A DNA stretch of 64,000 nucleotides from Acidimicrobiia bacterium (GCA_041751055.1 JBGSYD010000047.1:71875-135874), one strand, 5' to 3'; counted from the stretch's first letter, positions 46,233 to 56,571 are shown. Numbers and translations: made by a program. The notes: generated from the letters alone by a model not told the origin.

Positions 46233-47363
46233 TTGTGTTTCTACCGATCAATGATGGTCGAGCAAGGTGCGGCAGAGTACGTTCTGAGACGCTCCACCGC
46301 AATTACTGGTGCACGGTCCGTAACCGTAGATGACCGGTACTCTTTGCAAGTGGAAGACCGACGTCGCGATAACTCTTCCTGGCCCCTCTATCTCGCCGGA
46401 ACTTTACTTTTCATGGGCTTGATGACGCTTGTCCTCTGGAATGTCGAACTGCCCTATCTGGCATGGTCGGCAGGTCCGGTATCCGACGCCGCAGACGCAA
46501 TTGTCATCGAAGGACAGACCACCTATGACCCCGAGGGTGAGCTCCTGATGCTGACCGTGATGAGCCAGGATGTGAACATTTTCGAAGCTGTAATCGCCGG
46601 AATCGACCCCGATATCGACCTGATCCGCAAAGAGGCCGTGCGGAGCCCTGATGAGTCTGACGAGGATTATCGGACCCGGGTTCTCGCTCAAATGGACGAT
46701 TCTCAGAGCCGGGCGATCACGCTAGCTCTTCTGCAACTTGGTTATGAACTTGTGCCCGAAGACGTAATAGTCATCGAGATCGTGGTGGGCCTGCCGGCCG
46801 ACGCGGTCCTGGAACCTGGAGATTCGATCAATACCGTCAACGGTATTGAGATCCTGCATTCTGCCGATGTGCCCGCAGCCCTCGAAGGTCTGAAGCCTGG
46901 AGATGTTGTCCGGTTGGGAATCACCCGCAACGGGGCAGATCAAGAAGTCGAGTTGACCCTCGCAGCACGCGATGACGACCCTGAGCAGCCCATCATGGGG
47001 ATCGTGGTCAGGGAGCTGACGGAGCCACCGTTCCCTGTGAGCATCGAAGCCGGGAACGTCGGCGGTCCTTCTGCGGGAATGATGCACACATTGGCCATCA
47101 TGGACACGTTGACTCCCGGCGAGATGACCAAGGGTCACATCATCGCGGGCACCGGGACGATCCAACTCGATGGCACAGTGGGGAATATCGGCGGCGTGCG
47201 CCAAAAGGTTGCGGGGGCCGAAGCGGCGGGCGCAACAATCATCATGGTGCCCGCAGGCAACTACGAAGAGGCCCTGACCGCTGACTTCCACGACATTGAG
47301 ATAGTCCCGATTGCGACCCTCGACGAGGCCGTGGCTTTTCTCGAAGACCTAGATCCCGCCTGA
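46233..47363 (+). CDS. Lon-like S16 protease domain + PDZ domain protein (YlbL/SepM family; Rv3194c-like)
   Basis: N-terminal TM segment, a central PDZ segment (GDSINTVNGIEI), and a C-terminal Lon catalytic region with GPSAGMM. Confidence 0.75.
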   Translation: MCFYRSMMVEQGAAEYVLRRSTAITGARSVTVDDRYSLQVEDRRRDNSSWPLYLAGTLLFMGLMTLVLWNVELPYLAWSAGPVSDAADAIVIEGQTTYDPEGELLMLTVMSQDVNIFEAVIAGIDPDIDLIRKEAVRSPDESDEDYRTRVLAQMDDSQSRAITLALLQLGYELVPEDVIVIEIVVGLPADAVLEPGDSINTVNGIEILHSADVPAALEGLKPGDVVRLGITRNGADQEVELTLAARDDDPEQPIMGIVVRELTEPPFPVSIEAGNVGGPSAGMMHTLAIMDTLTPGEMTKGHIIAGTGTIQLDGTVGNIGGVRQKVAGAEAAGATIIMVPAGNYEEALTADFHDIEIVPIATLDEAVAFLEDLDPA

Positions 47364-47401
47364 CAATCGACGACTAATCCATCCGTCGTCGGTATCTTCT
47401 A

Positions 47402-49183
47402 TTGCGGATGTCCCCTGAAGTAACACCAGATTCTCTACGCAGCGCCCGGTTTCGCACCGTGTTCCGGGGCGTCGACCTATCTGAGGTGACGGAGCTTCTC
47501 GACGCGGTTGCATCCCGCTTGGAAGAACTCGAAAATCAAAAGGATCGACTTGCGGGCCGACTAGGGGAGTTTGCAGATCGTGATCTCAAGTCAGAGTTCG
47601 AGAAGGTGGGGAGCGAAGTCACCGAGGTTCTGGAAGCTGCGCGTCAAGCGGCCGACACCATGCGCGAGAGGGCCAGTCTCGACGCCAACAGGTGGCGGTC
47701 CGAGGCAATGGCTGAAACCGAGCAGCTTCGCAAAGAGGCCAAGAACGACGCCGAAGCCCTCCGGGGAGACGCCTGGACAACCGGGACCGACCTGTTGAAC
47801 CAGGTCGTCGCAGAAGTGAGGCGTTTGAGCGAGCAGGCCGAACGCGACGCGATAACGATCACTGGTGAAGCGGAGAGGGAAGCTCATCGCCTCGTTTCGA
47901 ATGCAAGACGCGAGGCTGAGGATCTGATGCGCTCGGCGACAATGGATTCCGAGAAGATGGGAGCGGACGCCGCCAAGGCCCGCGATTCCATGATCGAGGA
48001 TGCCCGACGTCAAGCTGAGGCGAGCCAAGAGCGGACCAGGGCCCTGGAACAGCGGCGCGAAGAGCTAATGAGGGAACTCGACGGGGTCCGTGCGACGCTC
48101 GGCCAGTTAGAGGGAACTCTCGAGGCGAAGCGTGAGGACATGAATCTATCTCGCACGTCCGAGACCTCCGTGAAGGTTGTCCCCGCCCAACCCCGGCCGG
48201 TCGAGATGCCCAAACAAACCTGGGAACCCGGAGAAACCGTAAGGGTCATCCGACCCTCCGACGAAGAGACCGAGTCCGTCGACGATGGACAACCTGCCCC
48301 GGACAAAGCGCCAGTCGAACCCGTCCTTGCCGAACCTCGCGAAGAAATAGCGGACTCGGACCCTGAGCCTGTCACGTCTCAAGTCGATGATTCCTCTGAG
48401 AAGCAAGCGGCTGCGGCCCCTAACGCGTTATCGCCAGTAGGTTCGGGCAAAGACGAGGTTGGGGCGCTTTTTGCGTCGCTCAGGTCTCCTGACGAGGAGC
48501 CAAAACCTGCGACCGGGTCTGGCCAGGAGCCCCCAGCGACGGCTCAAGTCGAACCCGCAACACCCCGGGCCGAGAAAGCGGTTTTGACAGTCGACGACAG
48601 CCTTTTGGAAAGTCGAGACGCGGCCCTTCTGCCAATCACCAACCGAGCGTTGCGGGGCATCAAGCGAGCCGTGACCGAGGCGCAGAATATTGCCCTTGAC
48701 AGCCTGCGCACCGACGGGTCATGGTCCCCTGATGAGTCGGCTCTCGCCGAAATCCTACGTGCCGACCTGATTGGTTTGTGGTCGGAGAGTTACGCGGCGG
48801 GCCACCATATGGCGGAAGCGATCACAGGCGGCAAGCTGAAACGGCCGGACACTCCGTCGAACCACTCTGCTCAGAAATTCGGTTCCGATCTGGCGGCCGC
48901 CCTAGAGAAGGAGTTGTCCGCTTCTGGTGATGGCCAGCGGGAGCGGCAGTCTGCGGCTTCTCGCGTGTTCCGAGGTTGGCGGACGGACGAGTCGGAACGC
49001 CGGATCCGTGAGCTTTCGTTGCGCGGCTTTCACAAGGGTCTGGTTGATTCATCGAAAAGCTCCAAGGTTTCGTGGGTGCCATCGGGAACGCCATGCAGTG
49101 CATGTCGTGAGGCAGCTCTGGACCCGGTATCGAACCTTCCCCCGGTTCACGCCGGGTGTGAGTGCACCGTCACTGTTTCCTGA
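47402..49183 (+). CDS. DivIVA-domain protein with long coiled-coil and Cys-rich C-terminus
   Basis: The N-terminus FRTVFRGVDLSEVTELLDAV matches the DivIVA N-domain. Next comes about 250 aa of charged heptad-like sequence and a Pro/Glu-rich linker. The C-terminus carries CSAC...(17 aa)...CEC. Confidence 0.7.
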   Translation: MRMSPEVTPDSLRSARFRTVFRGVDLSEVTELLDAVASRLEELENQKDRLAGRLGEFADRDLKSEFEKVGSEVTEVLEAARQAADTMRERASLDANRWRSEAMAETEQLRKEAKNDAEALRGDAWTTGTDLLNQVVAEVRRLSEQAERDAITITGEAEREAHRLVSNARREAEDLMRSATMDSEKMGADAAKARDSMIEDARRQAEASQERTRALEQRREELMRELDGVRATLGQLEGTLEAKREDMNLSRTSETSVKVVPAQPRPVEMPKQTWEPGETVRVIRPSDEETESVDDGQPAPDKAPVEPVLAEPREEIADSDPEPVTSQVDDSSEKQAAAAPNALSPVGSGKDEVGALFASLRSPDEEPKPATGSGQEPPATAQVEPATPRAEKAVLTVDDSLLESRDAALLPITNRALRGIKRAVTEAQNIALDSLRTDGSWSPDESALAEILRADLIGLWSESYAAGHHMAEAITGGKLKRPDTPSNHSAQKFGSDLAAALEKELSASGDGQRERQSAASRVFRGWRTDESERRIRELSLRGFHKGLVDSSKSSKVSWVPSGTPCSACREAALDPVSNLPPVHAGCECTVTVS

Positions 49184-49273
49184 TCGAACGACAACCGAGG
49201 TGGCTGGTTTGGGGAGGACACCGAACTCGTGCCACTGGCCAGTACAACCACGAGCCACGTACACTCGATTTCA

Positions 49274-52138
49274 ATGTTCACCAGGGTCCCCTCCGGATAT
49301 CAGTCTGATCGTCGTCGACCAATCACCATCATCCTCGGTATTGGAGTCGCGATCTACCTTGTCCTCACCGCGGCCGGGACACTGTGGACGGACTTTCTCT
49401 GGTTCGATTCGGTTGGCTACGACTCGGTGTGGTTGAAGAACTGGGGAACCTCGATAGTTCTGGGCGCGGTCGGCGTGGTTTTCGCTTTTGGAATCATTTG
49501 GCTCAACTTGAAACTGGCGGATCGCCTCAGCCCGCGTTGGGTCCCGTTCGATCTCTCCGAAGAGGAGGAGCTGATCGAGCGATTCCGCGAATGGGTCGAG
49601 CCACGACTTCGCCAGGTACGAGTGGGGGTCAGTGCCGTTCTCGCTCTGCTGCTGGGTCTGGCTGCGGCGTCGTGGCGCGATGAGTTCTTCCTGTTCCAGA
49701 ACGGCGGCGACTTCGGTGTGACCGAGCCGATTTTCGGTGCGGATGTCGGTTTCTACTTGTTCCAGTTGCCTCTCCTCAACACCACATTGGATTGGCTCTT
49801 CAACCTGATGTTGTTGACCGTCGTAGTGGTCGCTGTCGCCCACTATTTCAATGGTGGCGTCAGGTTCAACGGACGTCGGTTCACGATCTCCACCGGAGCC
49901 AAGAAGCATTTGCTGGTTCTCCTGGCCGTCCTCGCCTTAGTGCGCGCCGCTGTTTACCGACTGGACATGTACGCCTTGCTTTTCTCGAACCGTTCGGAAC
50001 CGGCGTTTTTTGGACCCGGCTATACCGATGTGAATGCCCGGCTCCCCGCACTTCGACTTCTCCTGCTGGTTGCGATCGTCGCCGCTGTCATTTTTGTGGT
50101 CAACATCTGGCGACGGGGCTGGACGCTCTCGATCGTTGCAGTCGTTTCATGGCTGGTCGTCGCAATTGCAGCGGGAGCGATCTACCCGACCGTTATCCAA
50201 CGCTTCCAGGTGGCTCCTCAGCAGCTGGATCGGGACCGGGAGTTCATTTCCAATAATCTCGCAATGACCCAATCCGCTTACGGCCTCGATCAGGTCGAGG
50301 TACGTGAATTTGCTGCGTCCGGACAGCTCGACGCCGACGGTATCGACGCCAACCGGGCTGTAATCGACAACCTCCGAATCTGGGACACGTCGGTCCTGCC
50401 CAGGACCTATCAGAACTTCCAGGAGCTTCGCCCCTACTACTCCCTGACCAGGGTCGACACCGACCGATATACGGTAAATGGCGAGGCGACCCAGGTGATG
50501 ATCTCAGTGCGGGAACTCGAGGAGGGCGCGCTCCCCAGGTCAGACTGGCAGAACGAGCGCCTGTTCTACACCCACGGGCTCGGCGCCGTCGTAAACGAAG
50601 CGAATGTGGTCGAAGCCAATGGCCAACCCCGATTCCTCCTCAAGGATGTTCCGCCCGAGGCCTCCGTCCCCAGCCTCGAGCTCGAGGAGCCACGAATCTA
50701 TTTTGGCGAAACTTATGCGCCGGGCCGGCCGGTCATCGTCAAGACCGGCTCGTCCCCACAGGAGGTCGACTTCCCGCTCCCGGGCGAAGGGACCGACACC
50801 AATGAATACGACGGCCCCGCCGGCGTTGTCCTCGACAACATCTTCAAGAAGATCGCATTTGCCTTCCGCTATCGCGACCTCAACCTGCTCATTTCGGGCG
50901 AGATTCGCCCCGATAGTGCGGTGTTGGTGGAACGCAACGTTCGCGCGATCGTTGAGGATATTGCACCGTTCCTCATTCCCGACACCGACGTGTACCCGGT
51001 GATCAACGACGGGCGGTTGCTATGGGTGCTCGATCTCTATACGACGTCGAACAATTACCCATACTCTCAACGACTCACGCGCGGGGCCATCGACCGTCTT
51101 TCCAGAACCTCACAGATTCAGGTCGGCACGAACTATCTCAGAAACTCGGTCAAGGCCGTCATCGACGCATACAACGGCGATGTCACGTTCTACCTGTTCG
51201 ATCCGACCGACCCTCTTGCTGCCGCATGGGCGAGGACATACCCGGAGTTGTTTGCAGATGCTGACGACATGCCGGATCTTCTCGAGGATCACTTGCGATA
51301 CCCCCAGGACCTCTTTCGGGTGCAAAGCCACATCTACCTCGAGTACCACGTCCAGTCAGAGAACGAATTGTTCATCGGGAACGACGCCTGGTCCCTTCCG
51401 GTCGACCCGTCGACGATCTCACGAGACGAACAAAATGGGGTCAATCTGCTTGTCGGTGATCGATTCGACACACAGGCCGGCCAGTGGTCCTTCCTCGATA
51501 AGATTCTGCCGTATTACGTGCTGACTCAATTGCCAGGTGATCAGGATCTGTCCTACCTTCTCCTCCAACCGTTCACCCCGCGCGAGAAGAAGAACATGTC
51601 CGGGTTCCTTGTCGCTGACTCGACTCCGGGACGGTATGGCCGGCTAATCGACTTCAGGATGCCTCAGGGCGAACTCGTCGATGGAACCGAGCAGGTCGGC
51701 CAACGGATCGAACAAGACGCCGAGATTTCCCAGCAATTCACCCTCTGGGACTCCCAGGGGTCGATGGTCATCAAAGGTGACCTTCTTGTTATCCCGATCG
51801 AGGAGTCGGTCCTTTACATCCAACCCATTTTCCTCGAGGCGGAGGGCGGAGGTTTTCCCGAATTCCGCCGGGTTGCCGTCGTCTTCGGTGATCGGGTCGA
51901 ATGGGATGACACCCTGGATGGAGCCCTTGCCAAAGTATTCGGTGCCCTGGAGGATGACGAAGGGCAGATCCCGGATGGTGCGACGATCGAAGCCCTTGTG
52001 GTCCAGGCAACCACCTCTTTTGCCAACGCCGATGCCGCACTGAGTGCCGGTGATTTGGCCGGGTACCAGCGTTGGGTGGAGGAAGCGCAACGCCTCGTCG
52101 GCGAAATCGAGAAGATTCTCGCCGAGGCCGCCGGCTGA
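49274..52138 (+). CDS. UPF0182 family membrane protein (Rv3193c-like)
   Basis: The N-terminus RRRPITIILGIGVAIYLVLTAAGTLWTDFLWFDSVGY matches the UPF0182 N-terminal pattern, with multiple TM helices and a large C-terminal domain. The start is chosen at ATG 49274. GTG 49229 is also possible. Confidence 0.8.
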   Translation: MFTRVPSGYQSDRRRPITIILGIGVAIYLVLTAAGTLWTDFLWFDSVGYDSVWLKNWGTSIVLGAVGVVFAFGIIWLNLKLADRLSPRWVPFDLSEEEELIERFREWVEPRLRQVRVGVSAVLALLLGLAAASWRDEFFLFQNGGDFGVTEPIFGADVGFYLFQLPLLNTTLDWLFNLMLLTVVVVAVAHYFNGGVRFNGRRFTISTGAKKHLLVLLAVLALVRAAVYRLDMYALLFSNRSEPAFFGPGYTDVNARLPALRLLLLVAIVAAVIFVVNIWRRGWTLSIVAVVSWLVVAIAAGAIYPTVIQRFQVAPQQLDRDREFISNNLAMTQSAYGLDQVEVREFAASGQLDADGIDANRAVIDNLRIWDTSVLPRTYQNFQELRPYYSLTRVDTDRYTVNGEATQVMISVRELEEGALPRSDWQNERLFYTHGLGAVVNEANVVEANGQPRFLLKDVPPEASVPSLELEEPRIYFGETYAPGRPVIVKTGSSPQEVDFPLPGEGTDTNEYDGPAGVVLDNIFKKIAFAFRYRDLNLLISGEIRPDSAVLVERNVRAIVEDIAPFLIPDTDVYPVINDGRLLWVLDLYTTSNNYPYSQRLTRGAIDRLSRTSQIQVGTNYLRNSVKAVIDAYNGDVTFYLFDPTDPLAAAWARTYPELFADADDMPDLLEDHLRYPQDLFRVQSHIYLEYHVQSENELFIGNDAWSLPVDPSTISRDEQNGVNLLVGDRFDTQAGQWSFLDKILPYYVLTQLPGDQDLSYLLLQPFTPREKKNMSGFLVADSTPGRYGRLIDFRMPQGELVDGTEQVGQRIEQDAEISQQFTLWDSQGSMVIKGDLLVIPIEESVLYIQPIFLEAEGGGFPEFRRVAVVFGDRVEWDDTLDGALAKVFGALEDDEGQIPDGATIEALVVQATTSFANADAALSAGDLAGYQRWVEEAQRLVGEIEKILAEAAG

Positions 52139-52198
52139 TTCGACAACTTCTCTCAAGGGGCTCGGATCGCCTATCGTTGGGGCTGATCCAAAGGACTT

Positions 52199-52426
52199 AT
52201 GGCAAAAGACACTGAAGAATATATAAGAATGCGGGGCACAGTCATGAAGATGCTGCCTGACTCGACCTTCGAAGTGAAGTTAGACAGCGGTTTCGAATTG
52301 CTTGCCAAGCCTTCCGGCAAAATGCGTCGTGGCCGGGGCATCCGTGTTCTCCCCGGTGACACCGTGGATGTGGAAGTTTCCACCTACGACCCGACCCGGG
52401 GCCGCATCGTCTGGCGTTATCGCTGA
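52199..52426 (+). CDS. infA: translation initiation factor IF-1
   Basis: 75 aa. MAKD...GTV...LP...F.V.L..G.E..A..SGKMRR..IR.LPGD.V.VE.S.YD...GRIV.R aligns to IF-1 throughout. Confidence 0.9.
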   Translation: MAKDTEEYIRMRGTVMKMLPDSTFEVKLDSGFELLAKPSGKMRRGRGIRVLPGDTVDVEVSTYDPTRGRIVWRYR

Positions 52427-52429
52427 ATC

Positions 52430-53569
52430 CTATTCCTGCTCGGGCACCACGCAATTGGTAGTCGAGGGGCTTCCGACATTCCCCTGGAACAGTTCTGGCT
52501 CTCGTATCTCCGATCCAGTTTCGCCGGTCGTCAAAAACCTGATCAAACCCCGATAGACCCCTTCGGCATAAGCCTGCCTGAATACGGTCGTGCCCAGAAG
52601 TTCTTCTTGTTGGGGATCAGAGACAAACGCCCCTTCGATGATCACCGCCGGTGACTCCGAACGTCGTAGAAGCCCGTAGAAGTCGTCGCCGGTGTCGGAA
52701 TCGACGCGTGCCGCCGTGCCCTGGATCCCGGAACCCTGCCAATCGATTGAGAAGGGGTTGAGCGAGCGGATGAGCTCAGCGTCTATCAACGACGCCAGAC
52801 GGTCTGAGTCGTCCACAGATACGGCATAGAACACAGCAGATGGGGGATCGTTGAGAGTTCGATCGGTCCCGGTGTTGTTGTGGATGGCGATCAATGCGTC
52901 GGCAGCAACGCTGTTAGCCATTGCCGCCCTGTAGGCCAGCCCGGCCTCGAAATCGCCGCCATCCGGCCCCACAGTGTCGCGGGTCATCCACGCTCCGAAC
53001 AGGGAGGCATAGGTGTCGCCGGGGCCGATCACCCCGGTTTGCCAGTCGATGTCGTGCGAGCTCAACAGCAGATCCCTCAGCCTGTCGGCTATGTCCAGGT
53101 TGAAGTTCGATTCCCGGGTGCCGCTCGGACCGGGTGCTCCCCAGTCCCTGCCTCCGTGACCCGGGTCGATCACGATCACTGCCTGTGAGAGATCAAAACT
53201 GTCCCCGGTCGGCTGTCGCGTACCCCTGGGTGCCACACTGACCTCTCCTTGCTTCACCCAGGCAGGGTTGGAGCAGGAGTCCATTATCTCGAACCATGAT
53301 CCGTCGATACCCGTAATCGGGAATATCAGACCTTGGTTTGCTGTGAGCCGGGCTTCGCCTCCGGGAGAGTCGTAAAGGGCAACCCCGCCATCGGGGGCGA
53401 TGGCCAGACCCGGAGCCGAAGGCGCGGGCGTTGATGGCAGCTGCCCGGTTGTTTGCGAGCTACCTGAGGTCCGGTCGCTCGGGGGTTGGGTAAGGTCGGC
53501 GCCGGTGATGACGGCGCATGAAGCGAGCACTAGAGAGAATGCGGCGGTAGATATGGTGCGGCGGAGCAT
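52430..53569 (-). CDS. N-acetylmuramoyl-L-alanine amidase (Amidase_3 family) lipoprotein
   Basis: Lipobox LVLASCA. The catalytic domain has VIVIDPGHGG and the later IAIHNN/EGAFVS motifs typical of AmiC/CwlM-type amidases. Confidence 0.75.
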   Translation of the reverse strand: MLRRTISTAAFSLVLASCAVITGADLTQPPSDRTSGSSQTTGQLPSTPAPSAPGLAIAPDGGVALYDSPGGEARLTANQGLIFPITGIDGSWFEIMDSCSNPAWVKQGEVSVAPRGTRQPTGDSFDLSQAVIVIDPGHGGRDWGAPGPSGTRESNFNLDIADRLRDLLLSSHDIDWQTGVIGPGDTYASLFGAWMTRDTVGPDGGDFEAGLAYRAAMANSVAADALIAIHNNTGTDRTLNDPPSAVFYAVSVDDSDRLASLIDAELIRSLNPFSIDWQGSGIQGTAARVDSDTGDDFYGLLRRSESPAVIIEGAFVSDPQQEELLGTTVFRQAYAEGVYRGLIRFLTTGETGSEIREPELFQGNVGSPSTTNCVVPEQE

Positions 53570-53635
53570 TGTGCCTAAATCTGGAGGACCTCAAGCACGA
53601 TAAGCGTCGACGGGCCGATACCTGTAGTACATCCG

Positions 53636-54049
53636 TTACTCGACGACGCTTATGGCCCAGTTCTCTCCGAGCCACAATCCGATCACTTCGATAGCGGGAT
53701 AGCGGCGGCGGAAGTGCGCCACCGCTTCCGTGAGTTGTGATTGCTGTGCGTCATCACTGACCGGGTTTCCGGCGCAGTCGTGATGGGCGACCAGCGCAAT
53801 CTGCGTCGAGCCGTGGCCGTCTAGTGACGTCTCCAGGTCCTCGATGATGAGATTTGTTGCCGGGTCATAGGACGCAGTCAAATGTTTCACCATCCCGGCC
53901 CTGGTCACTTTGTCGAGATGTGCAGCACCGAATCTCGTCATCAGAAAATCAGAAACCGGTCTCTGGATCCGGCCGTCGATACACGTGAGGGCGGTGGCGA
54001 ATTGTGCGGACATCCAAGCACAATATTCGACCACAATTCGCAACGGCAT
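53636..54049 (-). CDS. beta-class carbonic-anhydrase-like protein (short, Rv1284-type)
   Basis: The CxDxR (CIDGR) and HxxC (HHDC) metal-ligand motif pair has the spacing seen in small beta-CAs. At 137 aa it is shorter than usual, so the true start may differ. Confidence 0.45.
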   Translation of the reverse strand: MPLRIVVEYCAWMSAQFATALTCIDGRIQRPVSDFLMTRFGAAHLDKVTRAGMVKHLTASYDPATNLIIEDLETSLDGHGSTQIALVAHHDCAGNPVSDDAQQSQLTEAVAHFRRRYPAIEVIGLWLGENWAISVVE

Positions 54050-54218
54050 TCGAAGGCAAACCCCGAACCTGAGGTTGTCAGAGCCAATAGGGGCGGAAAT
54101 GGCACAGAGAACGACGAGAACATCTCCAGAATCCGAAGGTCAGCAGCCCGGGAAAAGTGCAGGTGGCGTGCGAGCAGGGCGGGCGAGGAGCTCGGTGATC
54201 AAACCCGTTTTGGATGAT

Positions 54219-55352
54219 TCAGTTTGCGGCGAGTTTGTTGAGCCAGTCCGCGCACACAGCAGCAATTGCCTTGGCCCGAAGACCATTGATCCCATCAAAG
54301 CCGTGTTGGGCCGCCCCCACTTCTATGTATGTAGTCGTGGCACCGGCCGACTGCAGGGCTTCGTTCAGATAGACCGACTCCGCCGGAAGGACTACAGAGT
54401 CGAACTCTCCATGGACTATGTGAAACGGCGGAGCCGCATTGCTCACGAGATCCAGCGGTGAGGCGAGGCGATAAAGCTCGGGACTGGCTGCGCGCCTGCT
54501 TTTCATCACATACTTTGCGACGAACGGCCAATCGTGTCGCGTCGCATTCCGGTTGAGCAGGTCGAAAATTCCGTAAAACGGAACGCATCCAAGCACGCTG
54601 ACGTCGGCGTCCTCGAAGCCGGGTTGAAGGGCGGAGACTCCGGGCGTCAGCGCGGCAACAGCAGCGAGATGGGCTCCCGCCGAGCCGCCGGAAACCGCTA
54701 TTCGCGCCGGGTCAATCCCATACCGAGCACCACCATCTCTAGCCCAGGCGATTGCTCGCTTTACACCGATGACGTGATCGGGAAAAGTGGCTGCCGGAGA
54801 TAGGGGGTAGCTGACATCGAGCACCACCCAGCCGTCCTTGACGAGCCTGTGCACCAACGGCCGGGCCTGCCGCCCGGGTTTGCCCCGCATCCACGAGCCG
54901 GGATGCAGGTAGAGCAACGTAGGTGCGTTCTCTGCACTGCCACCTCTGTGGACATTGAGAGTCAAGCCGGGAGCGTAAGGGACTTCGTAATCGATCAACT
55001 CGTCCGAGGGAGTCCGGTCTCGCACATCAACGAGTGCCCTGAGGGTGATCGGATAGTCGAGGGCTCTTGTTGCTCGGACAGACCTGTAGAAGATCACTGC
55101 TAGACCGACTTCACCGATCACGAACAGCGCGAGACCAACCTTTCCGATGGTGAGGTCGGCTGCCCCCAGTCTCAGGAATAGCGCTGCCACCAACCCACGT
55201 ACGATCAGAAATGGCCCGGCAAGCTCACTTACGATCATCCCGGGAAGCCACAACGGAGCCATGCCTTGGCCCGGCGGCTTCGGTCGGCGCAGAGCGTTGA
55301 CAGTCCAGATGAGGGCGACAGCGAACCAAACGAAGAAAATTGCAGAAATCAC
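54219..55352 (-). CDS. membrane-anchored alpha/beta hydrolase (esterase/lipase-like)
   Basis: Two or three N-terminal TM helices, then LYLHPGSW (HGG-like), the GGSAGAH nucleophile elbow, and a C-terminal catalytic His region. Confidence 0.7.
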   Translation of the reverse strand: MISAIFFVWFAVALIWTVNALRRPKPPGQGMAPLWLPGMIVSELAGPFLIVRGLVAALFLRLGAADLTIGKVGLALFVIGEVGLAVIFYRSVRATRALDYPITLRALVDVRDRTPSDELIDYEVPYAPGLTLNVHRGGSAENAPTLLYLHPGSWMRGKPGRQARPLVHRLVKDGWVVLDVSYPLSPAATFPDHVIGVKRAIAWARDGGARYGIDPARIAVSGGSAGAHLAAVAALTPGVSALQPGFEDADVSVLGCVPFYGIFDLLNRNATRHDWPFVAKYVMKSRRAASPELYRLASPLDLVSNAAPPFHIVHGEFDSVVLPAESVYLNEALQSAGATTTYIEVGAAQHGFDGINGLRAKAIAAVCADWLNKLAAN

Positions 55353-55509
55353 CTGGTTCTCCTACACGTCGATGAGCGACCGACTGATCCGGGAGTCGGC
55401 CCTCGACCGGGTCCAGGATGAAGATGGTAGCGACCTATCTCCTTACATCCCGGACGTTGCGCTGTTTCCGGAGCACACTGCGGCTGCGCTTTGACCTGTT
55501 GGGGCAAAC

Positions 55510-56571
55510 TCAAGGTTCGCGGTAGATAACCGCTCCATAATGTGCACCCGCACCGAAGGCGGTGAAGGCGACAACTGCACCAGAAGAAACCCGCCCCACC
55601 GATCTGAGCTCGTGATAGAGGATCGGTATGGTCCCAGAGGTTGTGTTCCCGTAGCTCTCGATGTTGGAAGGAATCTTGTCGGCTGACATGCTCAGCTCGC
55701 GACGAACGCCTTGCAATATTCGGTCATTGGCCTGATGTGCAACGACCAGGTCAATTTCCTCAAGTGAGAGCCCGGCCTTCTCAGCTGCCTTTCGGGTTGC
55801 TTCCGGCATCTTCTTGACGGCTTTTCTGAACAGGCCTACCCCATCCATTTGCGGAAGATGCGAGTGCTGCCTGAGTTGATCGACTGAAACGTACGGGCGG
55901 GACCTGAACCCGACACCCGGAACCCAGATCAGCTCGAACGATTCCCCTTCGGTGTGCAAGGAGGAGGACAGGATTCCTGATTCGGTGTTCGGATGACGCC
56001 GCAACACCATCGCTCCGGCTCCATCACCAAAGAGAACGCTCCAATTGCGGTACCTGGTGTTGAGCTCGTAGTCGTCCTTCGGGATGCCATCTCCGCCTCC
56101 TAGGACTTCATCCCAGGACTCCTTAGTCCAGGGTTGGAATCCAGCGTGAACTTCGGCTCCTACGATCAGAGCCGTTTCTCCACGCCCGGATGCGAGCAAC
56201 GCATCGGCCATGTCGAGCGCATATAGAAAACCGCTGCATTGCTGTCTGAGGTCAAACGATGCGATGGTCCCGAGACCCAGTCCACTCTGGACCAACCCTG
56301 CGATTCCGGGCGCTACGTAGTCCGGAGTCATGGTCGCCGTGACCAGCAAGTCGACCTCAGAAACGCTGATTCCAGCGTCTTCTAAAGCACCTGCCCCAGC
56401 GCGTATCGCAAGATCCGACGCTCCCTGACCTTCGTCGACGAATCGTCTTTCCCGGATCCCGGTTCGCGCCACTATCCAGTCGTCATCCGTATCCATGATG
56501 CGGGCCAAATCTATGTTGGTGACGATGTTGGCCGGCACATACATGCCTGTTCCGACGATTTGACTACCCAA
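55510..56571 (-). CDS. 3-oxoacyl-ACP synthase III (FabH-like ketosynthase)
   Basis: TTG start. IVGTGMYVPANIVTN, the active-site Cys region (QCSGFLYAL), and the C-terminal HQAN...GNTTSGTIP motifs of KAS III. Confidence 0.8.
   Translation of the reverse strand: MGSQIVGTGMYVPANIVTNIDLARIMDTDDDWIVARTGIRERRFVDEGQGASDLAIRAGAGALEDAGISVSEVDLLVTATMTPDYVAPGIAGLVQSGLGLGTIASFDLRQQCSGFLYALDMADALLASGRGETALIVGAEVHAGFQPWTKESWDEVLGGGDGIPKDDYELNTRYRNWSVLFGDGAGAMVLRRHPNTESGILSSSLHTEGESFELIWVPGVGFRSRPYVSVDQLRQHSHLPQMDGVGLFRKAVKKMPEATRKAAEKAGLSLEEIDLVVAHQANDRILQGVRRELSMSADKIPSNIESYGNTTSGTIPILYHELRSVGRVSSGAVVAFTAFGAGAHYGAVIYREP

Noticed and set aside
53593-53650. Imperfect 13-bp inverted repeat ATAAGCGTCGACG ... 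CGACGACGCTTAT between the beta-CA-like gene and the amidase gene
   Set aside because: It has one mismatch and a long spacer, and partly overlaps the beta-CA-like stop region. It may be a weak terminator, but the evidence is insufficient to report as a feature.
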